The notes under the pieces: model-generated
Databases searched by the model: none
Told to the model about the DNA's origin: nothing
What the model saw: only the letters and a program-made list of their open reading frames with translations
Assembly: GCF_000143415.4 (NCBI RefSeq)
Contig: NW_003314312.1
Location: 1,251,262-1,315,261, forward strand
Origin: Selaginella moellendorffii
Lineage: Eukaryota; Plantae; Lycopodiophyta
Length of the DNA stretch: 64,000 nt
Direction: 5' to 3'
Made by a program: the position numbers and the translations under genes
Shown here: positions 24,434 through 36,199 of the stretch, one piece after another
How the letters are laid out: each line of letters starts with the position of its first letter
How positions within the stretch are numbered: position 1 is the stretch's first letter

Positions 24434-26557
24434 TGCAAGTGCTCCATCAAGGAGTTCCTGAGTCACCCTTGTGGTTCCCGGAAGTTGCTATCTTACAGCC
24501 GGTAGGGTGAGTCCTTTAATGCGCCCACCTTCCGCTATAAATGTGCCCAGGGCCTCAGCCACAATCAGAAAAAGATAGGGTGCTAGTGGACACCCTTGGC
24601 GTACCGAATGTCCCAGCTGAAAACTCAGTCCCGTCTCACCATTGATTGTGACTCTACTTGCGGCTCCTCGGTATAGTAATGAGATCCTGGCGACCATCTC
24701 TCCCGGGATGCCAATTGTATGCATGCACTCCTCCAGGAACCTCCAGTCCACCTGATCGTAGGCCTTCTAGAAGTCCAACAGCCATGCTGCAATTTGTTGG
24801 TCAGAGATCTCTACCCATCTCTGAGCCAACAGGTACGTCCAGATATTTTCTGTGATTTGCTGCCCTGGAACAAACCCTGTCTGCTGCTCCCGGATGATCA
24901 ATGGCATGATAGCTTGGAGCTTGAGGGTCATTGCTTTGGCATAGACCTTGTAGGATGTGTTGAGCATGGTGATTGGCCTCCAATTCCTCAGCTTTTGCAG
25001 GTCCCCCCTCTTTGGGATAAGCGCAATCTAGCCCTCGAGGATCTCATGAGGCAAAGTTCCATCACGTTGAGCATCCCACCATGCTTGTAGCAGCAGCAGG
25101 TCTATGGTCTCCTAGTGCTCCTCAAAGAAAATGGGCAAGAGGCCGTCGATATCTGGTTGCTTGTCGTTGCTGAGCTTCCCGAGTGCTTCCCAAAGCTCCT
25201 TCAGTGTGAATTCCGTCTTCAGTGAGTCGTGCCACTCATGGGGGACACGCCGGGGAAGGGACGCAAGCACTTCCACCGCCGCCTTTTCCCTCTCTAGAGT
25301 CCACTGCTGGGCCATATAGAGAAGTTGGTAAAATTCCTGGGTGAACTATTGCATCCCCTGTCCTAGAATGGGAGGAGAGTCTGTCACTGGCCTGATTCCC
25401 CTAAAGAAAGCCTTGTTGAGAAGGCGTTCATTGAGGGCCCATCCATCTTCCATGGCCCAAACGCCCTTGCTCCACACAGCGTACTCCAAGTCGCGTAACT
25501 CGGCTTTGCGTTCATCTATTATTGCTTGCCACTTGGACTCATTTTGCGTGTTCAGCAACATCCTGTGTGCTGCTGCCACCTTCAGCCTGACCAGTCTAAC
25601 GTCCTTCATCGCCGCTCCTTTGAGATCCTTCTAGCATGCTCGGAGCTTCTATGAGCAAGACAGGAGCACTGGGATCAGCCCCATCTTGCTCTACGCAAGA
25701 GCGTCGTGTATAAGCCCGATCGCCACCGGGTCTTGCAGCGTGGCTCTAGTGATTGATCGCTGGACTGCTGTCCCTTTGTCCCTTTGGAGCTTGATCACAC
25801 ATCTGAGGGGGTCATGATCTGAGAAGGAGGCAAAACCGAGCCATGTTTCAAGGCTTCCCCCATCCTGCCGTATGCGAGATGAGGCGTAAATCTGGTCCAG
25901 TCTTGACTGGGAGGAAATTGTCTGCCGCCTTGTAAAAGGGTGAGCATGAGGTGCGAATCCTGCAGCATGTTGAAGGTCCATGAGCCCCAACACGTCCATG
26001 AGCTGACTCCACTGCTCCTGCTCACGTGGCTGAATTGTTTCTTGCATTCCCTTGCGATCGCAGATGTCCTTGACCATGTTGAAGTCTCCTAGGACCAGCC
26101 ATTCATCTACTTGCCCCTGGGCAAACTGTAACATGCTCAGCCAGAATTCTGCACATCTCCCTTTCTTCGTTGGTGCATAAACGTTGATTATCCCCACCCG
26201 TCCAAAGTGGAGGTGCAGGATGACCAGCTGAGTCTTTCCTGGGACCAGGACAAGGTGGTTTCGTACTTGGGCAGACCATTTGGTTGAGACTACCATTGCT
26301 GTGCCACCTCCTGGTCTGGCCACTACTTGCGTGGCCAGGTTCCACTAGAGCCGTCCCATCATTCCAAAGGTTTAGTCTGGGGCCATGGTCATTTTGTGCT
26401 CTTGCAGGCACAGGATGTCGATATCTCCTTCTAAGCTGATCTCACGGATGTGGGACTTGAGCTGCGCCCTTTTGTTGAGTCGACTGCCGGTCCAGCTGAG
26501 TCCCCGGCAGTTCCAGGTGATGATCGTGAGTGTTGTCATGGAGCCACGTACTTCCAA
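24434..26557 (-). pseudogene. LINE ORF2 N-terminal part: APE endonuclease and start of RT
   Basis: TWNCRGL, LCLQEHK, INVYAP, LGDFN, SRLD, SDH endonuclease motifs; RT motifs LNTSYKVYAK, QTGFVPG, LLDF, VRQGCPLAPYLF; several stops. Confidence 0.92.
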
Positions 26558-26649
26558 GAAAGTGCGGAGTTATGGGGTCTCACCCTCCATTCTGTGGAGA
26601 TGGTCCACACCGCAGTCATCTTCCCCCTATACTTTGCCCAGGAGAAGCC

Positions 26650-28035
26650 TCAGACAGTGTATTTCGCAAAGCCCGTCCACTTAATGATAGCACTCTCCAT
26701 GCATGTTTGGTAGTCTCCAATCGTGATGACCTCTGGGAAGGCTGTGTTCTCGTGGCACATCAGCCAGTCTCCCGCCTTTGTGGAACTTAATTCCCGCTTA
26801 GGCGGAATCCACCTAACCGCCATTCCTACTATTCGAGGGAGGACGGGCTGGAAGCCATCCCCTTCGACGTTCGTAGTAGGTCCCTCAAACAGTTTGGGCT
26901 GTGAGGATGAGCCCAAGAGTGGTGGGGCGACTGGGAAGCGAATGTGGGGAGCTTGGTCTGGAGGGTATGCCTTCAAGATCCACTCCTGCTTTGCGGGTAA
27001 CTCAAAGGGCTTCTGAGAGGCCAACTTGTTCCACTTGACTAAGCAGGCCTCCTCCCGGTGTCCAGCACGCTGACAAAAGTTGCCTCTATGTTCTGAGTTC
27101 TCCGTTTGGATCCTGATATACTGGCCCAACACTGCGATCTCTGTCGGGATTTCAGCCGGGGCTGACACAAAAACTTTGAGGCGGATGGGACCTAGAATAC
27201 CCTCTACTTCTACAGTGTCGAGGCCGGCCGCTATCTGGCCAATACTACCTTCAACCAGCTCCTGGATCACCATTGTGATCCACATTTCCATGGGAACATC
27301 CCAAAATGCGATGTTCACTGGAAAGCTCCCGCCCTTGAGACATGCCTGGTCCTCTGCCATGAACCTCGGGATCCATGGATGGAATGACACTGCCCAATTC
27401 TCATCAATGAGGCCATGCATGGCCTCCGCCTGAGACCGTGCCTCCTCTGTCTCAAAGACAACTGTGTAGCAGCCCTTCCCCTGTGGCAGCATCTTCTTCA
27501 TGAGGATTCCCTGTCCTAGCATTGCATTGATCCAGTCGTTAGCCATGCGACCTGTTGGGAACTTCCCCCTAAAAACAGCAATCAGTGCCTTCTTACAGAG
27601 TTCCTCTTCCTTCTCTGTTACTGCTCTTTCCAAAGTCTCGGCCAGCTTAACAGGGACAGCCTTTCCTCTCGTGTCATTGTGGGCCAAGTCACTTCCACCT
27701 TCTCCTACTGCTGCCACCTTGTGCACTTTGGCCTGACCAGGTGTTCCCCCGTTCATGTTATGTGAGGTGTTCTTCTTGTTGACGTCACTGTTCCCATCCA
27801 AGGAGTGCAGCACTTCTACCACCTTTCCGCAGCCCCGAGTCTTCCCCACTCTTGACTGGGCTTTTGCCACTCGCTCAGGTGTGTCAACCTCCTGGTGCTG
27901 GTACCCTTGAGTCTCTGTTCTCTTATCTGTAGGGGCGTGCTCCTCCTCAAGAAAGGCTTCAACTGTGTTTGTCCAGGCCAGGTCCTCCTTGGCAAGTCTC
28001 GGAGTTTTAAGTTTCCGCCGCATTGCTCGCTTCAC
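26650..28035 (-). CDS. LINE ORF1 remnant (DUF4283-like region plus zinc knuckle)
   Basis: LCKKALIAVF...WI...GKGCYTVVF...SFHPWIPRF and GNFCQRAGHREEAC knuckle; lies directly upstream of the endonuclease. Upstream parts to ~30100 are broken by stops. Confidence 0.75.
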   Translation of the reverse strand: MKRAMRRKLKTPRLAKEDLAWTNTVEAFLEEEHAPTDKRTETQGYQHQEVDTPERVAKAQSRVGKTRGCGKVVEVLHSLDGNSDVNKKNTSHNMNGGTPGQAKVHKVAAVGEGGSDLAHNDTRGKAVPVKLAETLERAVTEKEEELCKKALIAVFRGKFPTGRMANDWINAMLGQGILMKKMLPQGKGCYTVVFETEEARSQAEAMHGLIDENWAVSFHPWIPRFMAEDQACLKGGSFPVNIAFWDVPMEMWITMVIQELVEGSIGQIAAGLDTVEVEGILGPIRLKVFVSAPAEIPTEIAVLGQYIRIQTENSEHRGNFCQRAGHREEACLVKWNKLASQKPFELPAKQEWILKAYPPDQAPHIRFPVAPPLLGSSSQPKLFEGPTTNVEGDGFQPVLPRIVGMAVRWIPPKRELSSTKAGDWLMCHENTAFPEVITIGDYQTCMESAIIKWTGFAKYTV

Positions 28036-30918
28036 TTTCTTCTTCTCACGTTTGGTCTTCCTCTTGTTGAAGGCATCACGGTCTGGAAATGAAGTGTGTC
28101 ATCTGACTGTTCATCCAGTGAGTGCTCCATCTCTAGCTCTATATCTGGCTCTCCGAGTCCCGCTTCAACTGTTGGCATTGGCGTGGTATCCACCTTGCCA
28201 CCTTGCTCTTGCGCCCAAGCGTCGAAGAGATCCGCTTGCTGTGTGGCCACTGCCTTCGTGATTAATTCTTGAGCTTCACACTGTGCAAGGCCCAACACGA
28301 GGTCCTCTCCTAGGGGATTCAGGTCCAGCTCTCTGCTCGTGCACATCAGAGTTGACTAGATTTCTTTGCGTACTGGAAGCGGAGAACTTTGGATCCTTTT
28401 CTCAAAGTGGTGAGGGTCCCAGACCAACATCCCTGCCTTGTTGAGTCTCGGGAGTGGAGAGGGGAGCAACACCTTCTACCCTTGGTGCGGTGCTGTGGGA
28501 GAGTCTAGATCTGATTTCCTCACTTGTTGCAGGTGCGCAAGGTCCACTTGTCGTGTTTCCTCCTGCACTCTTGCATGTACTAGATCAGGGATGAGCCCGG
28601 CCACATCTACAGGAGTTTCTGGGTGGGACAAGGGGTTCCCACCAGCTGGGCATGAGCTTGATGCATTCCCGTGAGCAGGGAGTGTGCCAGCTGTCCAGTC
28701 CTTTTGAGTCCTAAGGTTCTCTGTTAGAATTGCGGAGCTGCACAACATGCATCCCACAGAGAGATGTTCCCCACATCTTCCTCATCATCCAGTTGGTGAG
28801 TTAGCTATGAGACTTCATGCTGGATTCACTGTGCTGACTCTCGACACACCTATTCCGTGAAATGCTCACTGTTCCAAAAGACTATACCACCGCCTGTAGG
28901 CTTCGACAAGAACAAGTGTAGACAATCTGTGCTATCTCCATCCTGTCTCAAGTCAGTGCAGCGCCTTGCCCCTGGGGGCTGTGAGCTGGATCGGGGCCTC
29001 ACACTTGAGGAACGAGCTGGCGAAGATGGGAGTGAAGCTCTGGGCTTGTTCGTCAAGTCTGACAAGCATCTGTGGGCAAACTTCAATGTCCAGGGAGGCT
29101 GCTCCTTGTTCACCCTAGGGCCACAATTGAACGGTCTAACTCCCTGGAGATCTCCTAGCTTGGTTGTGTCTATGAATGAAGGATTGTGAACTCACCTTAT
29201 AGTGAGGCTTCCATGTTTAGCCTGCAGGACAGAAGTGCATCCCCACTAAGGTCCTGTTCCCCTCTGTTTTTGGACGTTCTGGGTGGGGCAGACTTGAGTT
29301 CTCCTGACCCACGTCCTAGCTTTGCTGCTCCTGCACGTGCTGCTGCTCTGGTGGTGACCCTTGACCTGACCCTAGTGTGCCGCTCTTGTACTTCTGTGAG
29401 ACATCCATCCCTGTGAATCCCCTCAATGGTGAAAGTGCTTGGGATGATTCTTCGCAAGCCTTCCTGACTTGTAACTGGCCCGAGACCCTCACGAAGCTCC
29501 TGAACTCCAGCCAGTGACCAAGCAAGTGGGTGAGGGGAGGTAGCTTCATCCTCTCCACCACTCTCAGTGGCACCACGTCTCTGGCTTGGCTTTTACTTCC
29601 AGCTTTTTCCAGGACCTGACCATCCCCCAGGCCTGAAACATCCACCACTTCTATCCCATGGTTCTCATCCTGTTGGGTTGCTGCCTTGTGTGGCTCACTT
29701 GCTGCCTTGCACAGTAGTGTTCTGGCTGTTGATATAGAGGGCCCTTTCTTGTCCTGGCTTGCTGCTGTGTGTGTGCTAGAACCCTGACCTTGTAACAATC
29801 CTCCTCATGGGAGTCGAATGCTAAGGCCCCTGCCTCACCCTCCACGACCTTGAGAGCTCAGCTTGATGGGCGTGGATGCTGTGATTCCCTTGTGGCTGTT
29901 CTCCATGCTGCTGACAGGAGAGTGAGTACAAAGCAGAAGCAAAAAATGGGGAACAATGCTTCCCTAAATCTCATGGCGGATGCCCCCGCCGACGATAGCA
30001 AGTGTGGGGAGATTGCACGCTCTCCCTTGAGCGCTCTTCTACCTCTGGTTGGGCCTCCGATCATGGCAGCCATGGTACTGGGTGCCTTCCACCACTTCCT
30101 CCCCAAAAATCTTCCAACATTAGGGTTTTTACGCGGAAGTGTTGGTTTGCAAAACCACACTTGTGAAGACTTTTTATCTCACGGATATCCATCATGTGAA
30201 TTTCATTCTTGGGATGCTATAGTTGGTGAAGGTGAATCCAAAGATAAAGTGGACTATTAAGCGTGTCTCGCTGGAGTATGGTGGTGTTAAAGATGTGTGG
30301 TTTGGAGAGGGAGTTCAACCTCCAGTTGTTATGCTCTCTACTACATCTTTGAAACGAGCTTGTTGATATGGCAAAGCACTTTCAAGTTATTTGCTGTTTG
30401 TTCATGACTTAGGGGACCAAGGCATGTATGGGTGAGAAGCAACAATATGGGATGTACTGAACAAGTTTGCTAATGTTTTTCCATCTGAATTTCCTCATAG
30501 GTTGCCTCCATTATGAAATGTGGAGCATGGGATTACGTTGGAGCTAGGGATGCAGCCAATTTATCAGCATCCATTTCGATTGAGTTATGCAGGGGAGTAA
30601 GAAGTTCAATGACAAGTCAAAGAGTTAGATTTATTCAACAAAGTAAGTCTCTATTTAGTGCTTCAGTCTTGCTTGTGAAGAAAAAGGATGATTCAATGCA
30701 GATATGTATTAACTATTGTGCCTTGAACAAAAAGACAATGAAAGATAAGATGCCGATGCTGTGTGTGGATGATATCTTAGACAAACTTAGTAAGGAGTGG
30801 TGGCGCAATGGAGTTTTTGAGGTAATTCAATGGTGGTTAGGTGGTGAGGAACCTCAAGAAGAGGTGTAACATAGTCTAGGAAGACTAAATCTTTGTCTTT
30901 TCACACCAGATCATAACA

Positions 30919-31047
30919 ACTTATATTCTTTTCAAGTCATGAATAGATGGCAAATATCCTCACCAAGCCTTTACCAAGAGCCCACATTCACTAATCATTG
31001 CCATAATTTAGGAGTTTTTCTTGTCGGAGCACACCAAGAAAAGGGAG
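30919..31047 (+). pseudogene. Ty1/copia RNase H C-terminus (right part of the interrupted remnant), followed by a PPT
   Basis: ANILTKPL (ADILTKPL motif), then purine tract AAGAAAAGGGAG and TGTTGG at 31048, a probable LTR start. Confidence 0.6.
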
Positions 31048-31149
31048 TGTTGGAACATAATGGAATCCACCATCTCCAATTAACTCTAGTTAGCTTTAGT
31101 GCTCACTCCTTATTAGCTCATGCAATACCTCTAGTAGCTCTAGTATAAT

Positions 31150-31560
31150 AGATCTGTTGCTCTAATCATGTTAGATACATTTACCTTGAGATCCAACTCT
31201 ATTCTTTCTTTTTTCTTCTTTAGGGTAAGGTTTAAAGCCTTGAATTCTTTGGAGCTCAGATCCAACCGCATGAGTATTACTTTCATATTGCTTCCTTGTT
31301 GTTGAATCTTAGACTTTGCTGCCTTTGCATTTTCTGGCTGGAATACAACATGGGTGCCATACTTAGCCAAGACTCTGGCAGTCTCAAACCCAGTTCCCGA
31401 CCTAGCCCCTGAAATTGCAAAGAGTTGGATAATGAATTCATATAATTTAATCAATTCTGTGCAACCTTTTTGGCAGTGCTTCTTGAACCAAAGCCTGTAG
31501 CTCCTCAGCATCCTGTGAAGTAGATGAAAACACCCATGGTTGTGTTGGATCAAAGCCCAA
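31150..31560 (-). pseudogene. Short-chain dehydrogenase/reductase (TIC32-like) fragment
   Basis: GARSGTGFETARVLAKYGTHVV (Rossmann GxxxGxG) and MRLDLSS; internal deletions. Confidence 0.75.
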
Positions 31561-32399
31561 ATTCTCAATTTCTTGCAATGGTTGTAGGCTGTGAATGAGA
31601 TTTGCATTCTTTAACAATGCTTTACTTTGACTCCTATAGAACAGTGAGAAGGATCCTAGAAAATGTATATCAAAAATTCTGTAATGAGTGCAATTTATGT
31701 TTGCTCTAATGGTAAGCTTGATGCCATACCTGAGATGGGGAAGAATGATTGCTAGCCAAGTTTCTAGCTTGTGATAACAATATTCTTGAAACATCCCTTT
31801 GATCAGCTCAAGAGAGCCTGGTATACCTAGTCTGTGAAGCATGCTTACATGCTTCATAGAGAAGCAATGAGGATCACTTAGGGGTTTTGAAGTAGCACTG
31901 CAAAATATTGGGAACTACCAGCACCCAATTAACATCACTCTGTACCAACAAACATGATGATCCTGTTGCCCGAGTTGAGCCCGAGATCTCCATCCCTGAG
32001 ATAGTTCAATCCATTGTACCAAAAGATTGGTTTATTTTGTCAACAATAGTAGTGGTGTTTTCTCTCTGGTTGTATATAAATTAAATTTTTATATTGTTAT
32101 CATAAAAATATATAGAAGTTTGCGAAAAGATTTAAAATTTGTTTGAGATCTTTTAAAGCCTATTTAAGACCTACAGAAACAACAGATTTTTCTTTGGGAG
32201 TCTAATGAGTTCATTTATAATGACTTGAAAGATTCTTGTGTAGTCAATTCAAGTGTGGCACTCGTCAAAGTTGTGGCTGACTAGAATTCTCAACAACCAA
32301 TCTCAAACAAGTCTCAAAGAAGCAAGCATATAATTGCCAAGGGCCATTTGCTTCTCAAATTTTAGACATTCACGATTATGGGGTCTTGCTTGCTCTTGT

Positions 32400-33095
32400 C
32401 TATGCCTTATGGAAATATTTCCTCCTCCTTAAGCTGTGGGATTGTCCCTCCTTGGACACCTCCATCATCTCGCAGGAATTCCCTTCCTCTCATTGCATGC
32501 CCTGTCCAAGCAGTATGGACCAATTTTCTTCATGAAGATGGGAACCGTGCCAGCGGTTGTCATCTCAAGCTCGGTTCTCGCCAAAGAGGTGTTGAGGTCG
32601 CAAGATCAGACGTTTACTTCCAGGCCTTACATCCTCGTTAGAGACTATGGCTTGTACCACTTCCAGGGGATTGGACCTGTCCCTTACAACGATCATGATG
32701 CAAAAGCTCTGCGCTACAGATCTTTTCACTCCCAAGAAGATCGATTCGTTTCTCCCAATCAGGCTAGAGGAGATCACTGGCATGTTTTCGGCGCTTCGAG
32801 GTGCTGGAGCGCACAAAGCTGTGGACATGAGGAACATGTTGTCGACCTTCACCTTCAATGTCATGACCCGGATTCTCATGAACAAGAGATTCTTCGAATA
32901 CGGGAGGATGAGGAGCACATTGATGGCGAGGCCAAGCAGTTCAAAGATATTGTGTTCGAGACAGCAGACCAGGGACTCCAGTTTCATATCAGCGAGTTCA
33001 TCCTGCACTGGCTCAAGTGGATTGATTGGAAAGTCCCGGAACTGAAGAGGCTCCATGTGAAGAAGGATAAGTTTCTCCAGAACATCCTTGACCAG
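32400..33095 (+). pseudogene. Cytochrome P450 (A-type/CYP71 clan) N-terminal fragment
   Basis: LLGHLHHL...[14 protein letters not shown]...VVISS...AKEVL...FTSRP; frameshifts; no heme-binding motif. Confidence 0.88.
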
Positions 33096-33129
33096 GTGGA
33101 GCTTTTCGTCATTCTTCAAGCAACGTTTA

Positions 33130-33250
33130 TGTTGCACTATGAAGGCGCTGTTAAAGAAGGTGGAAGAGGCCCAAGCATCTGGGACGTTTATGCTCACACT
33201 CCCGGAAAAGTAATGGATGGAACAACTGGAGATGTTGCAGTGGATCATAA
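33130..33250 (+). pseudogene. GH1 beta-glucosidase N-terminal fragment
   Basis: [37 protein letters not shown]. Confidence 0.85.
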
Positions 33251-33769
33251 GGTTCTGCGTCAGACTGAAGATCTGAAGGTCTCGTGTTCATTCCACGTTC
33301 ACCGCATTATTCTGGAGCACGAAAGAAGCTGGAACACAAGATCAATAGAAAAGCTTTGGCAATTGCTTACTATAGCAAGAACTTAGAAAGTAAAACAAAA
33401 AAAGAGAGACTTACAGGAAAAAATCATTTACTAATCATAAACCCATATAAACAGCATAAAACAAGAAGTTTTATGACGATGCTAAACCACCTGTACCCTA
33501 ATTTTTGACACGTCTGCGCTCAACGTGGGTAAAGGAGTGCGCGACACATAAGCGTGCCCTATCCCACATGCGAAGGCACAGAATCATGCCTGGGGCTTGA
33601 GTATATAAAGAGACCTGACAGACAGACATTATGAAAGAAAGAACTTAGAACAGAAGCGAAACTCTACTCACAAGTTTTGTAGTTTGGCGTCTTGCAGCTT
33701 GTTCCATCTCGAGTTCCTGCAAAGAAAAAATCAAAATAAGTCGAGAATTTTTCGGCCAGACCGCTAGCA

Positions 33770-34300
33770 ATAACATTACAGGGTTACAAGCTTCTCCAGC
33801 CGTCCTATTTGAGGAGGAATCGGTCCGGTGAGTTTGTTGCCATGCAAGTCCCTTCCAGAGAAGTCTGGAAGAATGCAAGAACTCAGTAAACGAAAACCAG
33901 CACACAGTTTCCTGAGATCCAGCAAATTTGTGACACCGATCGGGAACGTTCCAATGATCGACACTTGAAAGAGCTCCCTGGAAAGAAAGAAGAAAGTGAC
34001 GATCAAAGTGATAAGACGTATTAAAACTCACAATTCCGTGACCACTCGATAGCGTTCGTCATTTGGGGAGGAACAAGTGATTCCCGGCCACAATGCCGCG
34101 TCTCCATCCCCACAGGGATCCTCCCCATTCCAAGCATACATAACCTTCCATCCTCCAGCTGGCCTTGACTGGAATTGGCAAGATCGTCGCTTAATCCCTG
34201 GCTAAATCGAAAATGCAGGTGGAGAGGATCGACTCACCGTCTCGCTTCACCGTCTTGGCAGCTGCTAGAGTGGCAATCCAGAGCCCAAGAGCGAAACCAT
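33770..34300 (-). pseudogene. Secreted LRR protein / receptor N-terminal fragment
   Basis: LRRNT-like DPCGDGDAALWPGITC, then IIGTFPIGVTNLLDLRKL and DLHGNKLTGPIPPQIGRLEKL in short exons. Confidence 0.75.
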
Positions 34301-34393
34301 CTCAAGAACCCTAGATTTTCATTTTTGAATCAATGAATCGCTACTGTAACATTTCAACATTTGTATGGAATCGCTATGTTTTTCACTGGATTC

Positions 34394-36050
34394 TCAGTTG
34401 AATTCGCTACCCACGCAGTGATGGCACGTAAATAGATTGGTAGGATCGACCCTGCGCTTGATGTGGTACAGGCGAGGATAGTTCTTCCAAAGAAGGATTG
34501 CTGCCAATTGGGCTCGTTGTAATCGGCCTCGTTCACGTAAGTCCCGGAGCCCGGCGTGAGATCGATGAAGAGCTTGTTCGCCTGCGACACTAGATTCGCA
34601 GCAGCGCTCATCTCCGCCACCGTCGCATTGTCCTGCCAAGTCAGGGGCAATACGAGCAGCCACAGTCCGTCGCGATACGCCGGATTCACAGCGCTGTCTT
34701 GGGGTTCTCGCACTTTTCCACCCCCCAGGATCGCATACGTAGCTGGAACTTGCAGCTCGGTCATGACACGCATCATGGCCTTTGGGAGGAGGTCTTGTTC
34801 GTGGTTGAAGAGTGATCTCGGGATCAGCCTCATTGCGAAGACATCGGAGACTCCCAAGTTGTTTAGGCCCAAGCACGATTCCTGCCCTCCACACTGAAAC
34901 TGCAAGTGCCAGTCCCAGTACGAGGCATACGTCTCCAAGCTCCCATCGATCCGGATGTTGTTCTCCCGTGCGTACAATAGCAGCGGGGCCAAGGTGGTGG
35001 AAGCATACAAGACGTTCCGGTTGGGCAGCAGGAACGTTAGCGTCAGGCTCTGGCTTGTCGAGAAGAAGTAGCCAGACCAGCCGGCATCGGACAGAGAGGG
35101 ATTCAACCTCGTAAACAGAGTGAGCAGCCCTTGAAAGCTGGTGGTATCGGGGGTGCTGAATTTTGTGAGGAGCGAAGTCGAGGCTGCCAAGAGCTGGAAA
35201 AGTCCTGTGCATCGCCGAGAGCACAACTCCAAATATTCCTCTGCCACCACCCCGGAGAGGCCCAGAACAGGTCCGTGTTTTGGCATGCATCCGCGGTCAC
35301 CACCTCGTACTCGAGAACATTATCGGGGCTCAAGCCGATTAGCAGGGAAAGGAAACTTTGGCCGCCACCTTGAGGGTATCTGCCGGCTGCTCCAACCGAG
35401 GAACATCCCCCACCAGCCAGGATCATCTTTCGTTGATACGCTTGCCAGTAGAGCTCCTCCCACTGAATTCCAGCTCCCACCGTTACCGCCAAGTAGCCAT
35501 GGTCACTACCACGGCCGCATTTGAAGCTCTCGTGGAACTGGATCTTCTGGAGGTGGTGCACCCAAATGCTGAGAGCTCCCACTGCCATGCTCCACCCAAG
35601 GAAGTCATGCCCCATGATTCATATCACGATGCGCAAGTCATGCTGGGATGCAAACTTGACGGCCTCTTGGACATGGGCTGCCCAAGTAATGTTGACTGCA
35701 TAGATTGGGACTGCGCCCTGGAAGCAAGCAGTGGTCCTGTTGGAGGAGATCAGGCAGCGCTGCTCCCCAAACAATTCCCAGCTTGTCCGTTGCAGTGCAC
35801 TCGGTTGATCGGTCCTCCAGAATGGACTGTTCCAGCCGCTCCTCACGGCATTGCAGGCTTGCTCATCGTAGTTTGGATCATGGCATGGCGTTGCTGGAGA
35901 GGCCACACTGATCATTCTCCTTCCCATGGAGCAATTGAAGGATGCCCAGGTCTGTGCGTCTGGGTAGCACAGCTCGCCTGCTATATACTTGGAGTGGACA
36001 TGGCCGGGAGCAAATAAAACGACCAAGAATATCAATAGTATGGCTATCAT
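34394..36050 (-). pseudogene. Secreted FAD-binding BBE-like oxidoreductase (fungal-type), frameshifted
   Basis: Signal peptide; GHDFLG; VTVGAG; GCSSVGAAG...QGGG; DNVLEYEVVTAD; LRGGG; YVNEAD...WQQSFFG/NYPRL..IK..VDP.NLFTCHHCVGSE; three or more frameshifts; no evident introns. Confidence 0.9.
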
Positions 36051-36199
36051 CCTTGAAGAACCTTTATAGGGCTGAGAGAAATAGAGCTATACTTTCTTTT
36101 GCTGATCGATCTTGAGATGTAGCTTTCTCAATGATTTTGTCAATGACTTAATTAAACATGTCTTGAACATCCTTGCTCAAATGCAAACTCAACTCTTGA

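Larger units (their letters stand above)
2031..30134 (-). mobile_element. Full-length L1-like LINE (about 8.2 kb net), interrupted by two later insertions
   Basis: Identical 16-bp TSD GGAAGTGTTGGTTTGC at 2015-2030 and 30135-30150; ORF1, endonuclease and RT remnants are all on the minus strand between them. Confidence 0.92.
488..30918 (+). mobile_element. Old degenerate Ty3/gypsy element with short LTRs, host of the LINE
   Basis: 5' LTR 488-652 (TGTTATG...CATAACA); PBS TGGTATCAGAG at 654; gag remnants 814-1630 with CHNCGKFGH knuckle; protease LLDSGSNDNF (1800-2030) resuming after 30150; RT remnant 30640-30790; diverged partial 3' LTR ~30793-30918 ending CATAACA. Confidence 0.8.

Noticed and set aside
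32436-33386. Functional 316-aa P450
   Set aside because: Passes through an off-frame segment, lacks the heme Cys motif and ends in GH1 and unrelated sequence.
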